Shown one piece after another: positions 12,202 to 23,370 of a DNA stretch of 64,000 bases; the stretch's first letter is position 1; each line of letters starts with the position of its first letter. The notes under the pieces were generated by a model. That model saw only the letters and a list, made by a program, of their open reading frames with translations. It ran no database searches and had not been told where the DNA came from. The position numbers and the translations under genes were made by a program. The DNA lies in assembly GCA_963849325.1 (NCBI GenBank), contig CAWKHF010000011.1, forward strand, positions 1 through 64,000, read 5' to 3'. The DNA is from an uncultured Planctomycetota bacterium. Its GTDB lineage: Bacteria; Planctomycetota; Planctomycetia; Gemmatales; Gemmataceae.

Positions 12202-15200
12202 ATGATCGCCTTCGCCTGCGCCACTGCCGTCAGAAGCTCCAAGTCCCGGACTCGTTCGCCGGCAAGCCGGTTCGCTGTTCCGTCTGCAAGCACGTCATGA
12301 CCAGCCCGGCTCCAATCGCCGTGGCCGTGACGGCCACGGCCGCCCTACCGCAAATCGCCGGCCAACCCAGCAGTCTGGCGCAAGCCGGCTTCCAGGGCGG
12401 AGTGACGCTCGCGGTCAACGATTCGTCTTCCGCCGCGGATTCGGCGAAGAAACAGGGCGGCCATCGTTCGCTGCGCGAGGCACTGGCGCGGACCTGCGGG
12501 CGACGAGCGCTATCACGTCCTCGCCGAGATCGCCCGCGGCGGCATGGGCGCCGTCCTTCGCGCCGTCGATGGCGATATCCGCCGCGAGGTGGCCGTCAAG
12601 TATCTGCTCGACCAGGGCGATTCGCGCAAGAAGGCGCGCTTCGTCGAGGAAGCGCAGATCACCGGTCAGCTCGAACATCCCAACATCGTGCCCATCCACG
12701 AGCTGGGCATCGACGCCCACAAACGCCTGTTCTTCTCGATGAAGATGGTCCACGGCCGCAGCTTACAACAGGTACTGTCGGAGCTGCGCGACTATCCGCA
12801 CACCGCCGAGCGCGAATACACGCTGGGCCGACTGCTGACCATCTTCATCAACGTCTGTCACGCCCTGGCCTACGCCCATTCGCGCGGCGTCGTCCACCGC
12901 GATCTGAAGCCGGCCAACATCATGGTCGGCGACTTCGGCGAGGTCTACGTCATGGATTGGGGACTGGCCAAGGTGCTGACGCACGGCGCTGCCGGCGACA
13001 AGACGGCCACGGTGATTCAGGCCGGTCCTTCGTTCGCCTGGGCCGACGGCGGAGGCGGCGACTCGTCGTCGGCCACGGTGCACACCAGCCGCGAGGCGGA
13101 GGACGATCAAACGGTGGAGGGCACCATCCTGGGCACGCCGATGTACATGCCGCCCGAGCAGGCGCACGGCGACATCGCGGCCATCGACCGGCGCAGCGAC
13201 ATTTATTCGCTGGGTGCGATCCTCTACGAGATGCTGACCTTGGAGCCGCCCATCGACCGCAAGGGCGGCCATCTCGCCATCTTGCTCCGCGTCGGCCAGG
13301 GCGAGATCCTCGCCCCGGAGCAGCGCAATCCCCAGCGGGCGCGGGCCGGCAAGGTCCCCACGGAACTGGCGGCCGTGGCCATGAAGGCGCTGGCCCTGAA
13401 ACCCGAAGATCGCTACCAGACCGTCGAGGCGCTGCGCGGCGACATCGAGCGTTTCCTGGAGGGTCGCTCCGTCAGCGCCAAGGAAGATACGAAATGGGAA
13501 TCGATTCGCAAGCTCGCCCGGCGCAACCGGGGCGTCGTCGCGGCGACGGCGGCGGCGGCGGTCTTGCTGCTGGCGGTGCTGATCGGCAGCTCGGTGGTCA
13601 ACTACAAGGCACGGCTGCGCGCGGAAGCAGCCTATTCGGCCTATCTGAAAGAGCAGGAGGACAAGCGGGCGCAGACGCGGAAATCGGTGCCGGCGTTCGT
13701 GGAGGCGGCCCATTTGGCGGCGGATCGGCGGAAGTTCGATGACGCCCTGGCCCAGGTGAACGCGGCCCTGGACTACGATCCCGACCACGCCGGCGCCCAC
13801 CTGCTCAAAGGACAGTTGTTGATGGCGCGCAAAGACTTCGCCGCCGCGCGGCCGGCACTGGAGCGCTACGTCAAGCTCCGGCCGGAAGACGCCGAGGCGC
13901 GGAAACTGTCGCAGTTAGCCGGCGCGGCCAGGGCCGACGACCCGGCCCTGGATGCGGAGATCGCGGAACGTCTGCTCCGGCAGCACCTGCCGACGCTGGC
14001 GGAAGGGTTGCTGAAGGCACCCGAGAAGTTGTTGGAGGTCCATCGCCGCAAGATCGAGTCCGCCTGGCCGGGCCTGCGTGAACGGCTGGCGATGGACGCG
14101 GACGGCAAGCTGAGCCTCAACCTGGCCGCATGCCCGCAAGTTCTCGCCCTGACGCCCCTGCGCGGGATGCCGCTGCGGACCCTTCTCCTCCATAACTCGA
14201 AGGTCCGCGACCTGACGGCGTTAAAGGGCATGCCTCTGACCCACCTCGATCTGTACGGCTGTCGGCAAATAACGGACTTAACACCCCTCAAGGGAATGAA
14301 ATTGACCTACCTGCGCCTGAGTCTATGCGGCCCGATCGCGGATTACACGCCGCTCAAAGGCATGCCGCTGACCACCCTACATTTGCCGTGGACCGCTCAA
14401 AACCAGGAGCTGAAATTGCTCCGTCGGCTGCCACTGACCGAGGTAGCCATCACCGATGGCGATGCGGTTTCCGACCTCGCGCCGCTGCTGGGCCTGAAAT
14501 TGACGTCTTTGTCGATCCACTCGTGCAATCTGCTCAAGGATCTGGAGCCTCTGCGGGGCATGCCGCTGACCTCGCTGACTCTGAGCAACTGCCTCGCCCT
14601 CACGGACCTGGAGCCTCTGCGGGGCATGCCGTTGACTACGCTGTACCTTCAACAAGCTCCTCAGCTCCGCGACTTGACCCCGCTCGCGGGCGCCCGCCTG
14701 ACCCAACTGGTCCTGTACGGCGGCGCTCAAGTTACGGACTTGACAGCGCTCCACGGGATGCCGCTGACCAGCCTGAACCTTCACTCCTGCACGCAGGTCA
14801 AGGACTTGACGCCGCTCCAAGGGATGCCGCTGACCCAGCTGGACCTGGGCGGCTGTGGCCAAGTCGCGGACCTTTCTCCTCTTCGGGGCATGCGGTTGAC
14901 TTCGCTCGACGCCAGCTACTGCGATCGGATAACCGATTGGACGCCGCTCCAGGGGATGCCGTTGACCTCCCTCGGCTTTATAGGTTGCGAGCAGATCAAG
15001 GACTTGACGCCGTTTCAGGGTTTGCCGCTGATTAGCCTGAACCTCCAGAGCTGTCGCTCGATCAAAGACCTGTCGCCCGTGCGCAACATGCCGTTGACGC
15101 AGTTACGGATCGGGGAGTGCGATCAAATCGCGGACCTGACGCCCCTGGACGGAATGAAACTTACCTACGTGTATTTCTCGCCGAAAAGCGTCAAGAAAGG

Positions 15201-15300
15201 CGTGGACGTTCTCCGCCGGATGAAGGGCCTGACACACCTCAACGATCTGCCGGCCGCGGCGTTCTGGAAGAAGTACGATGCCGGAGAGTTCCGCAAATAA
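12202..15300 (+). CDS. Zinc-ribbon, Ser/Thr kinase, TM, TPR and about 16 LRR receptor-like protein (5' frameshifts)
   Basis: MIAFAC..CRQKL...CSVC; RGGMGAV, HRDLKPAN, DWG, GTPMYMPPE; TM VVAATAAAAVLLLAVLIGSSVV; repeated L..L.L..C..V.DL.PL.GMP. Confidence 0.9.
14110..15180 (+). repeat. Leucine-rich repeat array (mostly 22-aa / 66-bp period)
   Basis: GA(T/C)CTGGAGCCTCTGCGGGGCATGCCG repeated at about 14539 and 14605. Confidence 0.85.
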
Positions 15301-15392
15301 TCCAACGTCTCGGTTGGCCACCGGGCTACTCAACCCGCTACAGAAGGTCAGATAGTGGGGTAACGATTCTTCGCAGATCATGGAGGATTCAC

Positions 15393-15725
15393 GTGTCCGG
15401 CGAGCAAGCGACGAGCCGATTCTGGTTCGTGAACCTCGCACCTGACGAAGCCCGGTTGCGTTGTTCGTTTCATCGTCTCGGGAAACGTATCGTGCGCTTC
15501 ACGGTACAATTGGAGGTTCGCGATCTGGACGAATGGCGACCCGTGGTCCGTTACGACAACGCGCACGGATTTTGTCATCGCGATACCCTGCATCCCGATG
15601 GTACGCAGGACAAGACGGGCGTGTATATTGGAGATGTGAACGCAACATTCACCTTCGCCATCGAGGATCTGCGCACGAATTGGGAAGCACACCGAGCCCG
15701 CTATCGGGGGGAGATGGGGCCATGA
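15393..15725 (+). CDS. Small hypothetical protein with RYDNAHG..HRD motif (TumE/DUF7718-like, from memory)
   Basis: GGAGG at 15382, GTG start; FTVQLEV...WRPVVRYDNAHGFCHRDTLHPDG. Confidence 0.7.
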   Translation: MSGEQATSRFWFVNLAPDEARLRCSFHRLGKRIVRFTVQLEVRDLDEWRPVVRYDNAHGFCHRDTLHPDGTQDKTGVYIGDVNATFTFAIEDLRTNWEAHRARYRGEMGP

Positions 15726-16009
15726 TCGACCCACATGATTTCGCACGCCGGCAGATGGAGTTGACCGCCGAGTTCGGCAAGTACGTTTTCGACCATCCCG
15801 AAATGGATGAATGCTTGGCGGACAGCCCTTACGTTTATTTTCACGTCGAGGGTGAAACGGAGTTCAACCAGTACAGCCGCGAGTTGGCCGAGCGGCAGCA
15901 ACGAGAGAACGGTGTTGCCATCGTCGTGGTGCGGATCAAGGGTTTGGCACCGCCGCAAGGTTCTCGGCTCATCGATCCGGTGATCGAGGCGCCGCCGGTG
16001 GCGACGTAA
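15722..16009 (+). CDS. Small hypothetical protein (DUF5647-like, from memory), putative partner/antitoxin
   Basis: ATGA overlap at 15722-15725; ELTAEFGKYVFDHPEM...VVVRIKGLAPP.SRL. Confidence 0.7.
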   Translation: MIDPHDFARRQMELTAEFGKYVFDHPEMDECLADSPYVYFHVEGETEFNQYSRELAERQQRENGVAIVVVRIKGLAPPQGSRLIDPVIEAPPVAT

Positions 16010-16080
16010 GGTCTCGGAATCGGATCGCTGCTCCCTAGGGACCGATTACCGTGCGGTTCGCCTGAGGATGTGTTCTTGAG

Positions 16081-17918
16081 ATGAATGGATCTATTGAGCC
16101 GTACTGTTCTCGGAATCGTCCACCGCGAGTCGGTTTACGCTCCGCGTGCCTCGGGATGGCCGCCGGATTCGCGGTGTTCACCTGTTGCCTGGTGGCCGCC
16201 GATCCAGGCTCGCAACCACCACTCCTACGGGAAGCCTCACTCCGGCGTCCCAGCGCCGCGGCTTTCCTGGATGACGACCGAACGCTGTGCGTCGCCAACC
16301 AGCGCAGCGGCACCGTTTCGCTGGTCGATGTTCGGCAGGGCCAAGTCCGCGCGGAAGTGACGGCCGGAGGGCACCTGACCGATTTGGCCGCGACGCCTGA
16401 TCGCAAGCACATCCTGGTGCTCGACGACGCACGGCACGAACTGGTCATCCTCTCCTTTGACGGCGCCCGTCTCGGCGTTCGTGCTCGCCGGAGCGTGGCC
16501 CCCTATCCGGCGAGTGTGGCGATCCTGCCAGACGGCAAACGAGCAACGGTGGCCTCGCTCTGGTCGCGGCGTTTGCAGGTGGTGGACCTCGCTCCCTTGT
16601 CGCACCCCGAGGGAACAGCGAACCTCCGCGTTCTGCACTCGATTCGTCTGCCCTTCGCGCGCGCAACCAGTGTGTGCTGCCGGGGACTTCGCAGGTTGTC
16701 GTCGCCGATGCGTTTGGCGGTCATCTGGCGCTCGTGGATGCCTTCGCCGGGCGGCTGCTGGCGGTTCACGAGCTGAAAGGCCACAACCTGCGCGGACTCG
16801 CCGTCAGCCCCGACGGTGACAAGTTGTTGATCGCGCATCAGATCCTCGATCCGCAAGCGCCGGCCCTGGAGGAAAAGGTTTGGCGCGGCCTCCTCATGGC
16901 GAACGTCGTCCGCACGATCCCACTGACGGAACTCCGCAAGCCGTCGCCGGACTTCGATCGAGTCGGGGAGATGATACTCCTGAAAGGGAGTGGTCAGGGG
17001 GCCGGCGACCCAACCGGCGTCGCCGTGCTGGATGCGGAGCAATTCGCCGTCGCCCTGGCCGGGGTGAACGAGGTGGCGCTGGTCGGCGACGACGGCGGCA
17101 CCATTCGGCGTCTCGCGGTCGGCCGGCGGCCAACGGCGGTGGTGACGGCGGCCAGCGGTCAGCCCGCTGTGGTGCTCAACACCTTCGACGATTCGCTGTC
17201 CGTGATCGATCCGCGACAGGGACTTGTCACCGGCACGATCGCCCTGGGACGCCAACCGGCGCTCACGGCCGCCGACCGGGGCGAGCTGCTGTTCTTCGAC
17301 GCTCACCTGTCGCGCGATGGCTGGTTCAGCTGCCACAGTTGCCACACCGACGGCCATACGAACGGCCTGCTCGCCGATACGCTCGGCGACGGCAGCTACG
17401 GCACGCCCAAGCGGACGCTGACGCTACGGGGCACGGCGCTGACCGATCCGTGGGCGTGGAACGGCGGCATGAAGTACTTGCAGGACCAGGTGCGACAATC
17501 CCTGGCGGAAACCATGCATGCACCGACCGTCTCCGGCGAGCAGGTCAACGATCTGCTCGCGTTCCTGCACACGCTGCCGCCGCCTCCGCCGCTGGAGCCG
17601 ATCACCCAGGACAAGGAAGATCGTCAAACGGTCGAAAGAGGACGGCAAGTCTTTCGCGCTCGCGGCTGCGTCCGCTGCCACATTCCTCCGCTGACCTACT
17701 CGTCGCATGGAACGCATGACGTGGGCTTCGCGGACGAGTCTGGTTTGCGTCAGTTCAATGCGCCGTCGCTGCGCGGCGTGAGCCAGGGCCATCGCTTCCT
17801 GCACGACAACCGCGCCGCGACGCTCGAAGAAGTGTTCACGAAATATCGGCACAAGGTCGGTCCCGGCCTCCCGGCGGAGGAATTGGCCGATCTGCTGCGT
17901 TTTCTGCGCAGCTTGTGA
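16081..17918 (+). CDS. YVTN-type beta-propeller plus di-heme cytochrome c peroxidase/MauG-like protein (frameshift near 16660)
   Basis: Hydrophobic N-terminus; ANQRSGTVSLVD and LNTFDDSLSVID blades; two CxxCH motifs (CHSCH, CVRCH); GELLFFD..LS, PSLRGV, FLHD. Confidence 0.85.
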
Positions 17919-17940
17919 GAACCGGGAGGACCGCCGGGCC

Positions 17941-20900
17941 TCAGCGCCAGTCGCCGGAGAGGATGAAGGCGGCCCAGTAGTACGGCGGCAGTCGGCCGTC
18001 GTCCTTGCCCAGCCGTTCCTTCGGCACCTTCACGTCGATCATGCTCCGGCTGATGCCTTCCTTGCGCATCCAGGTGTCACCCTCGCGGAGCATCCACAGC
18101 TGGGCCTGGCGCAGTGCCTCCAGCTTGGGCAGCTTCTTGTTCCACAGCTTGTCGTAAAACTGCACCATCAACTGCCGCGTGGCTGCGTCGTCCACCTGCC
18201 ACAGACCCGCCACTACGCTGCGCGCCCCCGCCACCTGGAAGGCACGCTGCAAACCCAGCAAGCCCTCGCCGCCGGCCACCTGTCCCAGGCCCGTCTCGCA
18301 CGCCAACAGCGTCGCCAGTTCCACGCCGCGGAAGTCCAGAATATCCATCTCCAACGCCGTCAGAATGCCGTCGTCCTTGCCGATCTCCACCGCCCGGTTG
18401 GCACCGGCCAGCACGATGCCCGACAACAATCCCGGATGGAAGCCGACCACGCCCGCACGTCCGCCGAACAGATTGCCCACGTCCTTCTCTCGGTCCCGCG
18501 AGACGGCGGCCAGGGCCGAGCGCAACTCCTTGGGGGCGAAGTAGCCGTGCGTGGCGAAGTGCAGGTAGCGATGCTGCGATGCCTGCCGACGCACGGTGGC
18601 CTCGGTCGCTTCCGCCTGGCACAGTTCGGTCACGGCCGCGTGCGGAAAGGAGGTGGCGAACGAGCGGCGGATGGCGGCGATCTCGGGGCGGGTATTGGGC
18701 AGGTCCGGCCAGCGGAACAGCCCATCCGCCGAGCCGCGCACCGCGGTGCGACTGTCGGCGACCGTCGCTGTGGCGACCGCGGCGCTGTAGTGGACATCGC
18801 CGACGACGAGCAGCGAAGGCTCGGACGTTTCGGCGGCCGGACGCGAGTCCAGCATCTCGGGCAACAATTGCGGCACGGACACGACGGCGACAGCCATCTC
18901 TTCCATCAGGTAGGAGTCTTTTTTACTCCCCGGCAGAGCGGCGAACGGTACGCGCGCCAGGTCACCATCGGGAGAGATCAGCACCACTTTCGCCTCATGC
19001 AGGTGCTTCGCCAGCGGCTGCCACAGGAGTTGGCGCACGGCGGCGCCGAGAGCATCATCGCCCTCGGTGCGAAAGCGACGTTGCAGGGCCAGCCGCCAGT
19101 CATTCAACGCCTTCTGGATGGCTGCGGTTGGGCCGAGGTCCACGCGCTCCAAGGCGTCGCGCCGCACCACGAAGGCGACAAGACGCCGCTCCCTTTTCAA
19201 CTGCCCCTTCTTCTCCGCCGAGGGGCTGTAGTGGCTGTATTCGAGGAAGTCGAGGAGGACGGCGTCGGCAGGCAGGGCGGCTTGCAGCTGGGCCGGCTCC
19301 AGGTCGCGCCGTTGTTGCTCCTTACGGAAGGCGGCGCTGCGCCCGGCCAGGTAGGCCTCCAGGCGTTCCTTCTCGTTGGTCAATTGCTGCATCTGGAGGA
19401 GGCGGGCTTGCTGTTGTTTGGGGTTGGGCGTGGCGAAGGCGAGGGCGGCCAGTTGGGCGGAGACGCGATCGAGGTTGGCGAAGTCCTTGGCCAGTTCGGG
19501 CCGTTGACGCGCCAGGCGTTGCTGGCGTTGACGCCGGCCGACGATGCCTTTCCAGGACAGCATCGGCCGGTATTGCTGCGCGAGGGTGGCTCGGGCTTGC
19601 GGTGCCAGCGAGAGGTAGCCGTCCAGGCGGGAACGCAGCTTCTCCAGCATGGCGAGTTGCTGTCGTTGAGATTGGATGGCGGCGGCCAGTTCGAGGTTGT
19701 CGCGGGAGATGGTGAGGGCTTGTCGGCACAGCGGTTCGGCCTGGGCGTAATCGCCCTGGGAATAGTACAGCACGGCCAGGTTGTTGAGGCTTTGGGCGTA
19801 GTCGGAGTGCTGCTCGCCCAGCGCCTGTCTGTCGATCTCCAGCGCCAGGCGGCACAGCGGCTCGGCCTGGGCGTAGTCGCCCTGCGAGTAGTACAGCTCG
19901 GCCAGGTTGTTCAGGCTGGTGGCGTAGGAGGGGTGCTTCGCGCTCGCGCCTGCTTGTCGATCGCCAGTGCCTGGCGGTACAGCGGCTCGGCCTTGGCGTA
20001 GTCGCCCTGGGAGCGGTACAGCCCGGCCAGGTTGTTCAGGCTGGTGGCATAGTGGGGGTGCTGCTCCCCCAGCGACTGCTTGGAAATGTCCATGGCCTGG
20101 CGGAAAAGCGGCTCCGCCTTGGCATGGTCGCCCATGTTGGCGTACAGCTCGGCCAGGTTGTTCAGGCTGGTGGCGTAGGAGGGGTGCTTCGCGCCTCGCG
20201 CCTGCTTGTCGATCGCCAGTGCCTGGCGGTACAGCGGCTCGGCCTTGGCGTAGTCGCCCTGGGAATAGTACAGCCCGGCCAGGTTGTTGAGGCTTTGGGC
20301 GTAGTCGGAGTGCTGCTCGCCCAGCGCCTGCTTGCGGATCGCCAGCGCCTGCCGATACAGCGGCTCGGCCCTGGCGTAGTCGCCCTGGGACTCGTACAGC
20401 CCGGCCAGGTTGTTCAGGCTGGTGGCGTAGAGGGAGTGCTTCGCGCCCAGCGCCTGCTTCCAGATCTCCGATGCCTGGCGGTAGAGGGGCTCGGCCTTGG
20501 CGTAGAGGCCTTGAGAGAAGTACAGATAGGCCAGGTTGTTGAGGGTGAGGGCGTAGTCGGAGTGCTGCTCGCCCAGCGCCTGCTTGCGGATCGCCAGCGC
20601 CTGCCGGTAGAGCGGCTCGGCCCGGGTGTAGTTGCCCTGGGACTTGTACAGCCCGGCCAGGTTGTTCAGGCTGGTGGCGTAGTCGGGGTGCTTCTCCCCC
20701 AGCGCCTGCTTGCGGATCTGCAGCGCCAGGCGGAGCAGCGGCTCGGCCTGAGCGTAGTCGCCCTGGGAGTCATACAGCACGGCCAGGTGGTTGAGGGTGA
20801 GGGCGTAGTCGGGGTGTTGCTCGCCCAGCGCCTGCCGGCGGATCGCCAGCGCCTGCCGGTACAGCGACTCGGCCTTGGCGAAATCGCCCCGGGAGCGATA

Positions 20901-23210
20901 CAGCGCGGCCAGGTTGTTCAAGCTGGTGGCGTAGTCCGGATGGCTCTCTCCCAGCATATGCTTGCGGATCTCCACTGCCTGATGAGCCGGTATCAAGGCC
21001 TCCCGTGCTCGGCCTTGATCGTTCAGACGGCACGCTTCGCCGTTCAACCGATCTGCTTCCGCCAGTTGCCTTCGTTGGCGGGGCGTCATCCGGCCCCGAC
21101 GTTCGAGGTCGGCTAGTTCCAGGCGTGCGTCCGTCACCCGCCAGTGCGTTTCGCCGTGGAGTTTGATCCGCAGGGCCAGTACTTCTCGCCGCGCCTGCTG
21201 CGCCGCGGCGAAGTCCTCCGCACGCTCGGATTGCGCGGCCCGGCGGACGTGCAACTGGGCAAGGTTGTCCAGACTGGTCCTGTAGCCGGAGCTGCCTTCT
21301 CCCTCCGCCCGCTGGTAGATCGCGGCGGCCTGCCGGAACAAGGCTTCGGCCCGCTCATCCTGTCGGCGATACGTGTGCAACCAGCCGAGGTTGTTCAGCG
21401 TATTGGCATACCAGGGGTGGTCCTCCCCCAGCAAGCGTTTGCGGAGGGCCAGCGCCTGCTGATAGAAAGAATCGGCCTTGGTGAAATCACCTTTTTCCCG
21501 ATACAGCCAGCCCAGGTTGTTCAGGCTCTGGCTGGTGAGCCGGTTTTCGTCGCCGAGCAGATTCTTGTGGAGCTGGAGTGCCTGCTCGGCCAGGGGCAGC
21601 GCTTCGCCATATCTCTTTTGATCGCCCAGCTCCTTGGCTCGCCATGCCAACTCCTCGGCGCGCGCGAGTTGCTTGCGCTGCCCGGGCGTCATGCGGCCCC
21701 GCAGCCGGAGGTCGGCGAGAGCCAGGCGCGCGTCGGTGACACGCCAGTCCTTCTGCCCGTGCAGCCGGATGCAGACCGCCAGTGCTTTCTCCACGGCCCG
21801 GCACGCCGCCGTGAAATCCTCGTCCCGCTCCAACTTTTCCCGCATTCTGTCATACAGGGTGGACAGGTTGCGCAGGCCGGCCCTGTAATCGGCATGGACC
21901 TCGCCCAGCGCCTGTTTGCGGACCTCCAGCATTTGGAGATAAAAGTCCTCCGCATTGGCGTAATCACCCATCGCCGAGCAGACGGCGGCGAGATTGTTTA
22001 GGTCGTTGGCGTAATCGGGATGGCCCTCGCCCAGCACCTGCTTATCGATGTCCACGGCCTGCCGATAGAGCGGTTTGGCCCCAGCCTTGTCGCCGAGCGC
22101 GGAGTGCATGCCCCCGACCCAGCTCAGGGCCGCGGCGGAGCGGCGGTGCCGGACACCGTAAACCGCTTGGCGGATTCGCAGCATCTTCTCGGCCAGAGGC
22201 AGAGCCTCGGACGCCTGGCCTTGTTTGTCCAGTTGCCGCACTTGCCGCAGCAAGGCATCGGCCTCGCGCAACTGCTGTCGCTGCTCCGGCCCCAGCTTTT
22301 CCAGCAAATCCACGTCGGCCAGCGCCAGGCGCGCGTCGGTGACTGTCCAGTGCTTCTCCCCGTGCAGCTCGGTGCGGAGGGCCAGCGCTCGGCGGGCGGA
22401 ATGGCGGGCCGCCGCGAAATCGCCGGCACCCTGAGCGGAGCGCATCAGGGCGTCATTCAGATCAGCCAGACGGCCGACTGCGGAAAGGCTATCGGGATGG
22501 GTTGTGCCCAGCGCCTGTTTACGAATCTCCACCACCTGACGGTACAGCGGCTCGGCCGTGGCCTTGTCGCCCAGCGCGGAGTGCAGATATCCCAGCCAGA
22601 GCAAGGTGCCCGCCGAGCTGCGGTGCCGCTCCCCGAAAGCGTTCTGCCGTAACCGCAGGGCTTTCTCGGCCAAAGGCAGAGCCTCTCGATTTTTGCCCTG
22701 CTGATTCAGCCGTCGAACCTGGTCCATCAAGCGATCCGCTTCGATCGATTGCCGGCGCGTTTCAGGAGCCCATTGTTCCCACAGGTCCAGGTCCGCGAGT
22801 GCCAGGTGGGCATCGGTGACCTTCCAGTGTTTCTCGCCGTGCAGTTGGATACGAAGGGCCAGCACTTCCTGGTGTGCTTTACGGGCGGCGGCGAAGTCCT
22901 CGCGCTGTTGATGCATCTCGGCCAGCCGCTCCAGCGATCCCGCTACATCCTCATGCACGTCGCCGAACACCTGGCGCTCGATGGCCAGCATCTTCTCGGC
23001 GGCGGCGATGGCCTCGGCGAGCTTACCCTCGCGCCGAAGACGATTCACCTCCGCGATGTAGCGATTGCGCTCCTGCAGCTTCGCGCGCTGTTCGGCTGTC
23101 AGCGGAGCTTGCGGCGGCTCGGCGAGCACCAGCGCGAGCGGCAGCATCAGCAACGACGCCCAGGCGACCAGGCACGAACGGGAGCAGCGAGTCAACAGGG
23201 AGCGAGTCAT
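17941..23210 (-). CDS. Signal peptide, long TPR array and CHAT (caspase-like) protease #1 (one frameshift near 19943)
   Basis: LVAWASLLMLPLALVLA-EPP; 42-aa YATSLNNLA..Y..QG.Y..AEPLYRQAL repeats; LHFATHG and LLACETG dyad; PYYWAAF. Confidence 0.92.
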
Positions 23211-23280
23211 AGCCTCCTCCAGCCAGGGCCAATTCGGCGCGACGCATCGAGTCCGGGCGACAGAGAGAAAAGGTTGCCCT

Positions 23281-23309
23281 ATTATCCGCGGCGGCATCGA
23301 CCCTCGCAA
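23281..23309 (-). promoter_or_regulatory. Putative sigma70 promoter TTGCGA-N17-GATAAT for CHAT #1
   Basis: Conserved in the paralogous upstream region at 26419-26447. Confidence 0.7.
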
Positions 23310-23370
23310 GACACCAACGCGCATTTTCCCCTCTCCGCCGCCATCGCCGTGCAGGGTAAATCCCCGTGCC

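Noticed and set aside
14110-15180. LRR or TPR repeats as diversity-generating retroelement TR/VR pairs
   Set aside because: No reverse transcriptase in the window, and the differences are not adenine-specific
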